Shown here piece after piece: positions 46,280 through 58,205 of a stretch of 64,000 nucleotides of DNA (positions are counted from its first letter, which is position 1; each line of letters opens with the position of its first letter). The notes below the pieces were generated by a model. The model was not told where the DNA came from, did no database searches, and saw nothing but the letters and a program-made list of their open reading frames with translations. Source of the stretch: Spirochaetia bacterium (lineage in GTDB: Bacteria; Spirochaetota; Spirochaetia; SZUA-6; Bin103); contig OZ241907.1 of assembly GCA_965203515.1 (NCBI GenBank), positions 736,001 to 800,000 on the forward strand, in the 5' to 3' direction. The position numbers and the translations under genes are program-made.

Positions 46280-47596
46280 TTACCCTTCCAGCGACAGCAG
46301 CAGCGGCTCCTCCAGGGCTTCGACGATCCAGCCCAGGAAGCGCACCGCATCGGGCCAGTCGATCACCCGATGGTCGCAGGTCAGCGACAGCGGCAGCCGG
46401 GGTACCGGTCCGTCGGCGCCGTCGAGCGCCGGCTCGCGCTCCGATGGCGATACGCCCAGTATCGCCGCTTCCGGTGGGTTGACCTGCGGCGTGAAGTGCC
46501 CGCACCCGCGGCCGACCAGTCCCAGGAAGCCGAGATCGCAGATCGAGAAGCAGCCGCCCTGCGTCTCGGCCGGGTCGAGCGTGCCCGCCTGCGCCCGCGC
46601 TGACAGGTCGTCGAGCTCGGCGGCGAGCTGCAGCATGTTCTTGCGGTCGGCGTCGCGGATCACCGGAAACGTCAGACCGTGCGCGGTCTCCACGGCGATG
46701 CCGACGTGACGGTAGCCCCGCCGCACCAGCGTGCCGGCGGCGATGTCGACGCTGCCGTTGAACTGCGGGAACACCTTCAGGGCGGAGGCGGCCACCTTGG
46801 TCAGCATGGCGGTGAGCGTCAGCGTGCCGCCGGCCGCCTCGGCCCGGGGCGCATAGCGTGCGCGCAGCGCCTGCAGGCGGGTGACGTCGGCGGTGGCGTG
46901 CTGGGTGACCATCGGCACGGTCTGACACGCCTGGCTGCGGCGTGCGGCCGTCCTGAGCCGTGCGGCGCTCAGCGGCGCCACCTCGACCGGACCCCACGCG
47001 CTCAGGTCGGGCAGCGGGTCGGTCACCGGAGCCGGGACCGCCGGCGCACCGCCGGCGGCCGGCCGGCCGGCCAGCGCGCGCACGTCGCGTTCGCGGATGC
47101 GGCCTCCCTTGCCGGAGCCGGCGGCGTGCCGCCAATCGACGCCCAGCTCGCGCGCGACCCGCCTGGCCCGGGGGCTGGAGGCCGGCCGGCCGTCCAACCT
47201 CTGACCGCCGCCGGGGGGCGCCGCCGTGCCGGCCGCCGCGGCGGGCGCCGGGGCCGATGGCGGCGCGTCCGGCGGCGGACCGGACGGCGGTGCCGCGCCG
47301 GCAGCGGTCGGCTGGCCGGCCGGCTCGGCGGCTACCTCCGGGACCGGCTCTCCTTCGGCGAGGAGCCAGCCGATCACGGTCCCGACGGTCAGCTCCGCGC
47401 CGGGCTCGGCCACGCCCGGCCGGATGCGCAGGATGCCCTCGTCCTCCGATTCGACCTCCTCGGTCGCCTTTTCCCCCTCGACCGAGAAGATCGGGTCGCC
47501 GGCGGCGACCGCCTCGCCGTCCTGCTTGAGCCACTGCCCGAACACGCCCGACTCCATCGACCAGCCGAGCCGCGGGACCATCACCTCGACCGCCAT
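46280..47596 (-). CDS. 2-oxoacid dehydrogenase E2 (dihydrolipoamide acyltransferase)
   Basis: Lipoyl domain (VEGEKA), E3-binding SPRARRVA...GSGKGGRI, catalytic DHRVID. Confidence 0.92.
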   Translation of the reverse strand: MAVEVMVPRLGWSMESGVFGQWLKQDGEAVAAGDPIFSVEGEKATEEVESEDEGILRIRPGVAEPGAELTVGTVIGWLLAEGEPVPEVAAEPAGQPTAAGAAPPSGPPPDAPPSAPAPAAAAGTAAPPGGGQRLDGRPASSPRARRVARELGVDWRHAAGSGKGGRIRERDVRALAGRPAAGGAPAVPAPVTDPLPDLSAWGPVEVAPLSAARLRTAARRSQACQTVPMVTQHATADVTRLQALRARYAPRAEAAGGTLTLTAMLTKVAASALKVFPQFNGSVDIAAGTLVRRGYRHVGIAVETAHGLTFPVIRDADRKNMLQLAAELDDLSARAQAGTLDPAETQGGCFSICDLGFLGLVGRGCGHFTPQVNPPEAAILGVSPSEREPALDGADGPVPRLPLSLTCDHRVIDWPDAVRFLGWIVEALEEPLLLSLEG

Positions 47597-47620
47597 CCGC
47601 CTCTCCTCACTCGTCCGTTC

Positions 47621-48619
47621 TCACTCGTCGCGCAGGTCCAGGACCGCCTGCACGATGGCATCGGTGCCGATGGTGATCTCGTGTTCCAGGACCGGGCTGT
47701 ACGGCGCCGGCGCGAAGCCGCAGTGCAGCCGCCGTATCGGCGCGTCCAGATCGTCGAATGCCTCATCGCCGACCCGGGCGGCGATGTCGGCGGCCACGCT
47801 GCACGGCGCGTAGTCCTCCTCCACCACCAGCAGCCGTCCCGTCTTGTGGACCGAATCAGCGATCGTCTCCAGGTCGAGCGGCGCCGCGGTGCGCGGGTCG
47901 ATTACCTCGACCGAGACGCCCTGCCGCTCCAGGAGCTCGGCGGCCGCCACGCATCGGGGCACCATCGCCGCGATCGCCACGATCGTGATCTCGTTCCCTT
48001 CCCGAACGACCTCGGCCCGGCCGAACGGTATGGCGAAGTCGCCGTCCGGCACCTCCTCCTTCAACGCCAGCAACGCCCGGTGTTCCAGGAACACCACCGG
48101 ATCGTGCGAGCGCAGCGCGGTCGTCAACAGCCCCTTCGCGGTTCGCGGCCCCGACGGCAACGCGACGTGGAAGCCCGGTTGATGAACCAGGAACGAGTAG
48201 TAGCTGCCCGAGTGGTGCGACGACCCGGACTTGTAGAGCCCGATGCAGGCGCGGATCACCATCGGCACGGTGATGCGGCCCGAGCTCATCCACCGCATGC
48301 GCGACGCCTGGTTGATCAGGTCCCCGAACGCGTCGAGCGCGAAGTCGATGAACATGAAGTCGACGACCGGGCGGGCGCCGGCGATGGCCGCCCCCACGCA
48401 CATGGTGGAGAACCCCCGCTCGCAGATCGGCGTGTCGCGCAGCCGCGCCGGGCCGTGCCGGCCGTACAGGCCCGTGGTCGTGCCGAAGTTGCCGCCGCGT
48501 TCGCCGATGCCTTCGCCGACCACGAAGATCGTCGCGTCGCGCTCCATTTCCTGCGCCAGCGCCGCGCGGGCGGCCTCGACGTAGCCGGTCTCCGGCATGC
48601 CGCTCCCGCCGCCCGTCAT
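47621..48619 (-). CDS. 2-oxoacid/acetoin dehydrogenase E1 beta subunit
   Basis: RDTPICE, RPVVDFMF, HHS, DPVVFLEH, VIDPRT. ATGA overlap with the alpha subunit (alternative start 48598). Confidence 0.92.
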   Translation of the reverse strand: MTGGGSGMPETGYVEAARAALAQEMERDATIFVVGEGIGERGGNFGTTTGLYGRHGPARLRDTPICERGFSTMCVGAAIAGARPVVDFMFIDFALDAFGDLINQASRMRWMSSGRITVPMVIRACIGLYKSGSSHHSGSYYSFLVHQPGFHVALPSGPRTAKGLLTTALRSHDPVVFLEHRALLALKEEVPDGDFAIPFGRAEVVREGNEITIVAIAAMVPRCVAAAELLERQGVSVEVIDPRTAAPLDLETIADSVHKTGRLLVVEEDYAPCSVAADIAARVGDEAFDDLDAPIRRLHCGFAPAPYSPVLEHEITIGTDAIVQAVLDLRDE

Positions 48620-49638
48620 GGCCGACCAGGACGTGGGCCGGCCAGGACGTGGTCGAGCACCGTAGCCGGATCGGGCTCGCCGCCGGCCAGCGCCGCCTGG
48701 TCGGCGGACTCGACCGCCGCCGCGATCTCCGCCTCCATCGCGTCCAGCTCCTCGGCAGAGGCCATCCCGTCGTCGATCAGGCAGGTCCGCAGCGCCCTGA
48801 TCGGGTCGCCGGTCTTCCACGACTCGATCTCTTCCCGGGACCGATAGCCGGTCTCCCTCATCCCCTCCGCGTGCGGCCGGTGCCGGTAGGTGCGGCACTC
48901 CAGCAGGGTCGGCCCGCCGCCGGAGCGCGCGCGCGCGATCGCCTGACCGGCTTCCCGACAGACTGCGCGCACGTCGTTGCCGTCGATCACGGCGTGCGGC
49001 AGCGCGTACGCCTCCGCCTTCCTGGCGACGCTCCGTTCATTGGTCACGGTCGCAAACGGCACCTCGGTGGCGTACCGGTTGTTCTCGCAGACGAACAGCA
49101 CGGGCAGCTCCCAGACCGCGGCCATGTTGCAGCCCTCGTGGAACGCGCCGTTGTTGACCGCGCCGTCGCCGAAGTAGGCCACGCTCACCCGGTCGGACTC
49201 GACCAGCTTGAAGGTGTAGGCGGCGCCGGCGGCCAGCAGGATGCTCGGGCCGACGATGCCGCTGGTGCCCATCAGCCCGATCTCCGGCTTGAACAGGTGC
49301 ATGCTGCCGCCCCGGCCGCCGGAAGCGCCGCCCGCCCGGCCGTACAGCTCCGCGAACAACTCGACCGGCGGCAGCCCCTTGGCCAGCGCGTGGCCGTGGC
49401 CGCGATGCGTGCCGAAGATCAGGTCGTCGTCGCGCAGCTCGGCGCTCACGCCGGTGGCGACCGCCTCCTGGCCGATACAGGTGTGGCAGCCGCCGTAGAT
49501 CAGACCGGCCCGGAACGACCGGACCAGCCGCTCCTCGCACTTCCTGATCGTGACCATGGTCCGGTACAGGCGCAGCAGCAGGTCGCCGCTCAGCATCTCT
49601 TCCGGACGGTTCCGCGCCGCCGCCGACTGTGGTTTCAT
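48616..49638 (-). CDS. 2-oxoacid/acetoin dehydrogenase E1 alpha subunit
   Basis: GQEA, THRGHGH, GRGGSMH, GDGA...ENN TPP motif. Confidence 0.93.
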   Translation of the reverse strand: MKPQSAAARNRPEEMLSGDLLLRLYRTMVTIRKCEERLVRSFRAGLIYGGCHTCIGQEAVATGVSAELRDDDLIFGTHRGHGHALAKGLPPVELFAELYGRAGGASGGRGGSMHLFKPEIGLMGTSGIVGPSILLAAGAAYTFKLVESDRVSVAYFGDGAVNNGAFHEGCNMAAVWELPVLFVCENNRYATEVPFATVTNERSVARKAEAYALPHAVIDGNDVRAVCREAGQAIARARSGGGPTLLECRTYRHRPHAEGMRETGYRSREEIESWKTGDPIRALRTCLIDDGMASAEELDAMEAEIAAAVESADQAALAGGEPDPATVLDHVLAGPRPGRP

Positions 49639-49679
49639 AGCGAACCTGACTCCTGCAGCGAGCGAGGTTCCCGTATCCG

Positions 49680-50519
49680 ATGCCGTACCGTCAACGCAAT
49701 CTGTTCGACCTGAGCGGCCGCGTCGCCGTGGTGTCCGGCGCGGCCAGCGGCCTGGGCCGCGCCATGTCGATCGGCTTTGCCGAGTACGGCGCCGATCTGC
49801 TGCTGGCCGACATCGACGCGGCGGGCATGGAGGAGACGGCCGGGACGATCGAAGCGCTCGGCCGGAGGGCCGTTCCGGTGGTGTGCGACGTCTCGCAGCC
49901 GGATCGGATCGATGCGCTCTACCGGACGCTCGACCGGGAGTTCGGGCGGATCGACGTGCTTGGCAACGTGGCCGGGGAAGGGGTCGACGACGACCCCGCG
50001 CGGCTCACCGCCGAGCAGCTCCGGCACGCCATGCAGAACCTCGTGATCGGCCGCTTTCACTGCACGCGCGAGGCCGGCCGGCGCATGCTCGCCGCCGGCA
50101 AGGGCAGCATCATGAGCATCGTCTCGATCGCCGGTCTCTCCGCGCTCGGCCGGCATCACCTCGCCTACAGCATGGCGATGGGCGCGGTCGCGCAGATGAC
50201 CCGCGAGCTCAGCTCGGAGTGGGCGCCGCTGGGCGTCCGCGTGAACGCCATCGTCTGCGCCCAGATCGAGAACCGGGGCCTGCGGCAGCGCATGGAGGCC
50301 GATCCGGTCCTGCGCGGCAACTTCCTGCGCGGCCTGCCGATCGGCCGCCTGGGCCGGCCCGACGAGATCAAGGGCCTGGCGATCCTGCTCGCCTCGGACG
50401 CATCGTCGTTCATGACCGGCGCGCTCATTCCGCTCGACGGCGGCAATCTGGCCAAGAACGCCGGCGGCTCACACCCTGGCATGCCGCCGCTCGCGCCGAT
50501 AGGGTGCGCGGGCGGATGA
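49680..50519 (+). CDS. Short-chain dehydrogenase/reductase
   Basis: SGAASGLG, SIAG, VRVNAI. The YxxxK site reads YSMAM. Confidence 0.88.
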   Translation: MPYRQRNLFDLSGRVAVVSGAASGLGRAMSIGFAEYGADLLLADIDAAGMEETAGTIEALGRRAVPVVCDVSQPDRIDALYRTLDREFGRIDVLGNVAGEGVDDDPARLTAEQLRHAMQNLVIGRFHCTREAGRRMLAAGKGSIMSIVSIAGLSALGRHHLAYSMAMGAVAQMTRELSSEWAPLGVRVNAIVCAQIENRGLRQRMEADPVLRGNFLRGLPIGRLGRPDEIKGLAILLASDASSFMTGALIPLDGGNLAKNAGGSHPGMPPLAPIGCAGG

Positions 50520-51519
50520 CGTTGAGCAACGGCTCGCCGGCGCCGAAGCGGCGCAGATTCTCGCCGACCATGTTGCGTATCTCCGCCTGGAAGAACGGCG
50601 ACTCCGGCGAGCAGTGCGGGGAAAGCAGCAGGTTCGGGGCGTCGCGCAGCGGATCGCCGGCCGGCAGCGGCTCCGTGCGGAACACGTCCAGCGCGGCGCC
50701 GCCGATCCGTCCGGCGGACAGGGCTTGGGCCAGCGCCGCTTCGTCGACCAGCCCGCCGCGGGCCATGTTGACGAGCACCGCCTGCGGCTTGCAGCGCCGC
50801 AGGAACGCGGCGTCGACCAGCCGCTCGGTCCGCTCGTCCAGGCGCACGGCCAGCACGACGTAGTCGAGCTCGCGGAGCGTTTCCGGCAGCGACTCGAACG
50901 CGATCCAGCGGTCCGGCAGCTCGCCTTCCGGGTCGCCGGTGCCGGGCGTGCGGTAGGTGAGCTGCTGCCGCTTTCCCGTGCGGCCGAGGGTGGCTGTCAC
51001 CCGCATGCCCAGCAGGTGGCAGAGGCGCCCGACCTGCCGGCCGATCGCCCCGTACCCGACGATGCCGACGGTGCGGCCGTGCAGGACGGCCGCCGACATC
51101 TCCGCCCGCCGGTCGCGGTGCCAGGTGCGGTCCTGCTCATGGTGGAGGATGCGCCGGAACCGATGCGCGAAGAACAACATCGCGCCCAGCGTCCACTCCG
51201 CGATCGGCACGGCGGCCGGACCGCTGCCGTGACAGACCGCTACGCCGGGGGCCGACACCAGCGCGTCCGGCAGGTCCTCGTGCCCGGCGTTGAGCGTCTG
51301 CACCCAGCGCAGGCGGGGCGTCAGCCGCGGCTCCGGCAGCCACCCGTTGCTGATCAGCCCCTCGATCGCCGGCAGCAGGCCGGCCGGCGGGGCATCGCCG
51401 AAGGCGCGCACTTCGACGCCGGGGACGTTGCCGAGCGGGTCGCCGAGTCCGGCGTCCGTGAACTGCCGGTGCGGATCGATCAGCGCGACCAGGTGCGGGG
51501 AGCGCCGCGGTGCGGACAC
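50425..51519 (-). CDS. D-2-hydroxyacid dehydrogenase family protein
   Basis: GIVGYGAIG, VNMARG, LDVFRTEPL, SPH. Confidence 0.88.
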   Translation of the reverse strand: MSAPRRSPHLVALIDPHRQFTDAGLGDPLGNVPGVEVRAFGDAPPAGLLPAIEGLISNGWLPEPRLTPRLRWVQTLNAGHEDLPDALVSAPGVAVCHGSGPAAVPIAEWTLGAMLFFAHRFRRILHHEQDRTWHRDRRAEMSAAVLHGRTVGIVGYGAIGRQVGRLCHLLGMRVTATLGRTGKRQQLTYRTPGTGDPEGELPDRWIAFESLPETLRELDYVVLAVRLDERTERLVDAAFLRRCKPQAVLVNMARGGLVDEAALAQALSAGRIGGAALDVFRTEPLPAGDPLRDAPNLLLSPHCSPESPFFQAEIRNMVGENLRRFGAGEPLLNVIRPRTLSARAAACQGVSRRRSWPDCRRRAE

Positions 51520-51565
51520 GGGCGAGGTTATCGCTTGGCCGGCGGCATGCTGTAAAGTCGGCGCG

Positions 51566-52663
51566 ATGGCGCGGAGCGCAGACGCGATAGAGCGGGTCGA
51601 GGTCGACGCGCTCGACGGGGGCGAGGTCCTCGTCCGCGTGCGCACCGGCGCAGGAGTGACCGGCATCGGCGCGTTCCGCTGTCCGGCCAGCGTCGGCGTG
51701 CCGGTGGTCCGCGACCTGCTGGCCCCGGACATGGCCGGCATGAGCGTGCACGCGCCGGCCGCGGTGTGGGACCGGCTGTTCTACCGCCACGGCCGCACCG
51801 GGCAGTACATCCAGGCGATCGCCGCCGTCGACATCGCCTGTTGGGACGCGCTGGGCAAGACGCTCGGCCGGCCGGTGTACGAACTGTGGGGCGGCGCCGC
51901 GCGCACGACGCTGCCGCTCTACTGGAGCCAGGGTCTCGGCAGCCGCAAGACGCCGCAGGAGATGGTGGCCGACGTGCGCCGCGGCTGCGAGATGGGCTTC
52001 CGCGCGTACAAGATCCGCATGGACTGGGGGCCCACGGCGCCGGACGTCGATCCGGCCGCGGACCTGGAGCGCTTCCGCGCCTGCCGAAATTTCCTGCCGG
52101 CCGGCCACTCGCTCAGCTTCGACTGCAACTGGGGCTACAGCGTGAGCACCGCGATCCGTCAGGGCGAGGTCCTGCAGGAGCTGGGCGCCTTCCACTACGA
52201 GGAGCCGCTGCCGCACGTGAACCTGCCGGGCTACCGGCAGGTGGCGGACGCGTTGTCGATTCCGGTGTCGTGCGGGGAACTGGAGGCGACCCGCTGGCGG
52301 TTCCGCGACGTCATCCTGCTGGGCAATCCGGACATCCTGCAACCGGACATCCTCAACGCCGGCGGCCCGACGGAGGTGCGGCGCATCTACGACTTGGCCG
52401 ACGCGCACGGCAAGCCGCTCATGCCGCACAGCCCGGCGATCGGCATCCGCTCGTTCGCCAGCCTGCACCTGTTCGCCACCGGGCTCGGCAACACGCTGCC
52501 GCACGAGTTCTCGGACGAGGAGCTGCCCGACCGCAACCTGGAGCGCGCGCAGGAGCTCTACCACGAGCCGGTGCTGCCCGTGGACGGGGCGATTACGCTG
52601 AGCGACGCGCCGGGCTTCGGCCTGACCTTGAACGAAGCGGTGCTCCGCCGGCGGCTCGCCTGA
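51566..52663 (+). CDS. Mandelate racemase/muconate lactonizing enzyme family protein
   Basis: AVDIACWD, YKIR, FDCN, EEP, GE, QPD, PGFG. Confidence 0.9.
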   Translation: MARSADAIERVEVDALDGGEVLVRVRTGAGVTGIGAFRCPASVGVPVVRDLLAPDMAGMSVHAPAAVWDRLFYRHGRTGQYIQAIAAVDIACWDALGKTLGRPVYELWGGAARTTLPLYWSQGLGSRKTPQEMVADVRRGCEMGFRAYKIRMDWGPTAPDVDPAADLERFRACRNFLPAGHSLSFDCNWGYSVSTAIRQGEVLQELGAFHYEEPLPHVNLPGYRQVADALSIPVSCGELEATRWRFRDVILLGNPDILQPDILNAGGPTEVRRIYDLADAHGKPLMPHSPAIGIRSFASLHLFATGLGNTLPHEFSDEELPDRNLERAQELYHEPVLPVDGAITLSDAPGFGLTLNEAVLRRRLA

Positions 52664-52679
52664 CCCGAACCCGGCCGGC

Positions 52680-52707
52680 TTGACGCCGTCCGCCTCGGTG
52701 GTATCCT
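52680..52707 (+). promoter_or_regulatory. Possible sigma70 promoter of sodC
   Basis: TTGACG-N16-TATCCT with TGn extension; GAGGAGG RBS downstream. Confidence 0.55.
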
Positions 52708-52734
52708 GCGGCCGGAACGTCGAGAGGAGGAGAC

Positions 52735-53271
52735 ATGAAGACTCTTGCGCGCACCGTCGCGGCGGTCGCCGCCGTCGTCGTGGCCCCGGCCCTCGCATTG
52801 GCCGACATGGCCGGAGCCGAAGTCGTCGACGCCTCCGGTACGGTCATCGGCACGGTCGAGTTCGAGCAGATGCCGACCGGTGTGCTGATCTACGTCGCTC
52901 TCTCCGGCCTGCCGCCCGGTCCGCACGGCATCCACCTGCACGCCGCCGGCACCTGCTCGCCGGACTTCAGCGCCGCCGGCGGCCACATCAACCCGGACCA
53001 AAGGGCACACGGTCTTCGCAACCCCGACGGACCCGATAACGGCGACCTGCCCAACCTGTACGTTGCCGCGGACGGGACGGCGATGGCCGAGTTCTTCACC
53101 ACGCGCGTCTCTCTGACCGGCAATACCGACCTGCCGGCGCTGCTGGACGAGGACGGCTCGGCGGTGATCATCCACGATCAGCCGGACGACCACTTCACCC
53201 AACCGATTGGCGGAGCCGGAGGCCGCATCGCCTGCGGCGTCATCGTCGACATGCCCGAGATGGCGATGTAG
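52735..53271 (+). CDS. sodC: Periplasmic Cu/Zn superoxide dismutase family protein
   Basis: Signal peptide, HGIHLH, AGGHINP, GDLPNL, IIH, GGRIACG. One usual Zn-ligand His reads N (DNGD). Confidence 0.9.
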   Translation: MKTLARTVAAVAAVVVAPALALADMAGAEVVDASGTVIGTVEFEQMPTGVLIYVALSGLPPGPHGIHLHAAGTCSPDFSAAGGHINPDQRAHGLRNPDGPDNGDLPNLYVAADGTAMAEFFTTRVSLTGNTDLPALLDEDGSAVIIHDQPDDHFTQPIGGAGGRIACGVIVDMPEMAM

Positions 53272-53330
53272 CTCTTCCCGTAAGCTGTACGGCAGCCTCG
53301 TCGAAACCGCGCCGGCGGTGGAGGGAACCC

Positions 53331-54491
53331 ATGAAGATCACCGACGTCAAGCTGATCACGCAGGAGCTGCCGGAGGGAGGCGGGCCGGGGCGTATTCCGC
53401 AGCTCGTGCAGGTGCCGGGCCTGCACCGCATCCAGTACCGGGCCGGCGTCGACGCGGAGCGGGAGCCGATCGTCACGCCGCCTTCGAAGCCGCGCGAACG
53501 CTTCGTGGAGGTGCGCACCGATCAGGGCATCACCGGCCGGGTGACCGCCTCCACCATGGACGAGTACCAGGTCGACCTGGTGCGGTCGATGGCCGTGGGC
53601 GAAAACCCCCTGCACCGCGAGCGGCTCTATCAGATGTTCCAGAAGGGAACCCGCTGGGTCTACCAGAAGCCGGGGTGGTTCGGCGACTTCGACAACTGCC
53701 TCTGGGACATCGCCGGCAAGGCGGCCGGTCTGCCCGTGCACGCCCTGATCGGCCGGGTGCGCGACCGCATTCCCTGCTACCTGACCGGCGGCGACATGGA
53801 CCGCGCAGGGTACCTGCGGCATATCGATGCCGCCCGGGCGATCGGGATCGACGCCTACAAGTTCCACACCTACAAGGGCGGCAAGGCCGACATCCCGCTA
53901 TTCACGGAGGCGCGCGCCATGGTCGGAGCCGATTTCGCGCTGATCAACGACCCGGTCTGCTCGTACGATCTGCGCGAGGCGATCGAGGTCGGCCGCGTCA
54001 TGGAGGAGCTCGATTTCGTCTGGCTGGAGGAGCCGTTTCACGAGCAGAAGATGCATCACTACCAGGAGCTGTGCGCCGCGCTGGACATGCCGGTGATGGC
54101 TACCGAGATGCTGATGCACGACATCGGCATCTCCACGCAGTGGTTGATGCACGGCGCCACGGACCTGCTGCGCGCCAACGCCCGCCACGGCGCGACGCCG
54201 GTCCTGAAGATGGCGCACTTCGCGGAGCTGTACGACACCACCATCGAGCTGAACTCCGCCGGCGGGCTGTACGGCCACGTCCACGCCACGCTCGGTTGCT
54301 GCATCGACAACACCAGCTACTACGAGTACATGAGCGAGGCTGCCGATACCCTGCGCACGGCCGGCGAGCAGTGGGGGATGGTGAACGCGCCGGTGGTGGA
54401 GGACGGCCGGCTGGCTCCCTGCGACCTGCCGGGCTGGGGCGCCGAGTGGGACGAACGGCGGTTCCGGTCGCTCATCGTCGCCGAACGATGA
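53331..54491 (+). CDS. Mandelate racemase-like enolase superfamily protein
   Basis: DNCLWDIAGK, YKFH, WLEEP, PGWG. Confidence 0.88.
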   Translation: MKITDVKLITQELPEGGGPGRIPQLVQVPGLHRIQYRAGVDAEREPIVTPPSKPRERFVEVRTDQGITGRVTASTMDEYQVDLVRSMAVGENPLHRERLYQMFQKGTRWVYQKPGWFGDFDNCLWDIAGKAAGLPVHALIGRVRDRIPCYLTGGDMDRAGYLRHIDAARAIGIDAYKFHTYKGGKADIPLFTEARAMVGADFALINDPVCSYDLREAIEVGRVMEELDFVWLEEPFHEQKMHHYQELCAALDMPVMATEMLMHDIGISTQWLMHGATDLLRANARHGATPVLKMAHFAELYDTTIELNSAGGLYGHVHATLGCCIDNTSYYEYMSEAADTLRTAGEQWGMVNAPVVEDGRLAPCDLPGWGAEWDERRFRSLIVAER

Positions 54492-54509
54492 GGAACTGAC
54501 CGCGGCGGC

Positions 54510-56128
<1,619 letters not shown>

Positions 56129-56132
<4 letters not shown>

Positions 56133-57226
56133 CGTTGCGGATCGAGCGGCGCCTGCGCCCCAGCCGCGCCATGGTGGCGGTCTCGCCGGTGCTGGCCATG
56201 TTGCTCACCGGGGTCGTGGGCGGCGTCCTCTTCGCTGCGCGCGGGCTGCAGCCGCTGCCGGCGCTGTACGTCTACTTCGTCGAGCCGGTGACGACGCTCT
56301 GGTCGATCGAGGAGCTGATCGTCAAGGCGACGCCGCTGGTGCTGATCGGCGCCGGGCTGGCGGTCTGCTTCCGCGCCAACGTCTGGAACATCGGCGCCGA
56401 GGGGCAGCTCATAGCGGGGGCGATCGCCGGCGCCGCCATCCCCGTGCTGGCGACGCAGTGGGGATCGCCGCTGGCGCTGCCGCTGATGATGGCGCTCGGC
56501 GTCTGCGGCGGCATCGCCTGGGCGGCGATTCCCGCGCTGCTCCGCAATCGCTTCGGAGCGAACGAGATACTGACCAGCCTGATGCTGGTCTACGTGGCGC
56601 AGTTCCTGCTGGACTGGCTGGTGCGCGGTCCGTGGCGCGATCCGGCGGGGTTCAACTTTCCGGAGTCGGTCGAGTTGCAGGGCTTTCAGCTCCTGCCGAC
56701 GCTCGGCTACAGCCGCGTGCACCTGGGCGGAGCGTTCGCACTGCTGGCGGTGCTGGTGCTGTTCGTGTTCATGGCGCGCACGCTGAAGGGCTTCGAGATA
56801 CAGGTATCCGGCACCGCGCCGCGCGCCGGCGGCTTCGGCGGCTTCTCCCGGCCGCGCACCGTCTGGTTCTGCCTGGCGCTGTCCGGCGGCCTGGCGGGGC
56901 TGGCCGGCATCGGCGAGATCGCCGGGCCGGTCGGCCAACTGCAGCCGTCCATCTCGCCCGGCTACGGGTTCACGGCGATCATCGTGGCGTTCCTGGGCCG
57001 TCTCAACCCGATCGGGGTGCTGCTTGCCGGCGTCATCCTGGCGATCAGCTATCTCGGCGGCGAAGGCGCGCAGATCTCGCTGGGGCTCTCCGACCGGACG
57101 GCGCAGGTGTTTCAGGGCACGCTGCTGTTCTTCATCCTGGCGTGCGACACGCTGATCCGGTACCGGCTGCGGCTGCGCCTCGTCCCCGACGCCGGAGTCG
57201 GCGCGGCGGAGGAGCCGCAGCCGTGA
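56129..57226 (+). CDS. Nucleoside ABC transporter permease 1
   Basis: WNIGAEGQ, NEILTSLML, GYGFTAIIVAFLGRLNP. Confidence 0.92.
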
Positions 57227-58143
57227 ACGAGCTGGAAGCGGTGCTCCTCACCATCATCACCGCGTCGACGCCGCTGCTGCTGGCCGCCATCGGCGAGCTG
57301 GTGGTCGAACGCTCGGGCGTGCTCAACCTGGGCGTGGAGGGGATGATGATCATGGGCGCGGTGAGCGGCTTCGCGGCGGCCTATACGTCGGGATCGGCGG
57401 CGATGGGCGTGGCCGTGTCGGCGGCGACCGGCATCGGCGTCGCGCTCCTGTTCGCGTACCTGACGCAGACGTTGGTGACCAACCAGGTCGCCACCGGACT
57501 GGCCCTCACCCTGTTCGGACTCGGCCTTGCCGGACTGATCGGCGAGAACTTCACGGGGCTCCCCGGCGTGAAGCTGCCGGCGGTCCGCATCCCGGTCCTC
57601 ACCGACATCCCGTTCCTGGGGCCGGTGGCGTTCGGCCAGGACCCGCTGGTCTACGGCTCGGTCGCCATCACCCTGCTGGTCGCCTGGACGCTGGCGCGTA
57701 CGCGCATCGGGCTGGTGATCCGCGCCACCGGCGGCAACCACTACTCCGCCCACGCGCTGGGCTACCGGGTGATCGCCGTGCGCTACGCGTGCATCGCCTT
57801 CGGCGGCGCCTGCGCGGGGCTGGCCGGCGGCTACCTCTCCCTGGTCTACACCCCGCAGTGGATCGAAAACATGACCGCCGGCCGCGGCTGGATCGCGCTG
57901 GCGCTGGTGGTCTTCTCGACCTGGGCGCCCCGGCGGGTCGTGATCGGCGCCTACCTGTTCGGCACCGTCTGGATCGTCGGCCTGTACGCGCAGGCAGCCG
58001 GGATCGACGTCGCGCCGCAACTCCTTTCGTCGCTGCCATATCTGGCCACGATCGCGGCGCTGGTGCTGATCTCCGGCAATCGTTTCTTGACGAAGGCGAA
58101 CACTCCTGCTTGCATTGGGCAGCCGTTCGTGCCGGAGCGATAG
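57223..58143 (+). CDS. Nucleoside ABC transporter permease 2
   Basis: ERSGVLNLGVEG, GRGWIALALV, LPYLAT. Confidence 0.92.
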   Translation: MNELEAVLLTIITASTPLLLAAIGELVVERSGVLNLGVEGMMIMGAVSGFAAAYTSGSAAMGVAVSAATGIGVALLFAYLTQTLVTNQVATGLALTLFGLGLAGLIGENFTGLPGVKLPAVRIPVLTDIPFLGPVAFGQDPLVYGSVAITLLVAWTLARTRIGLVIRATGGNHYSAHALGYRVIAVRYACIAFGGACAGLAGGYLSLVYTPQWIENMTAGRGWIALALVVFSTWAPRRVVIGAYLFGTVWIVGLYAQAAGIDVAPQLLSSLPYLATIAALVLISGNRFLTKANTPACIGQPFVPER

Positions 58144-58205
58144 GGTCCGCGCGTACGGTACCGTCAATGTCATCGGACGGGGGACACCCCCGAAAGGAGT
58201 GCTCG

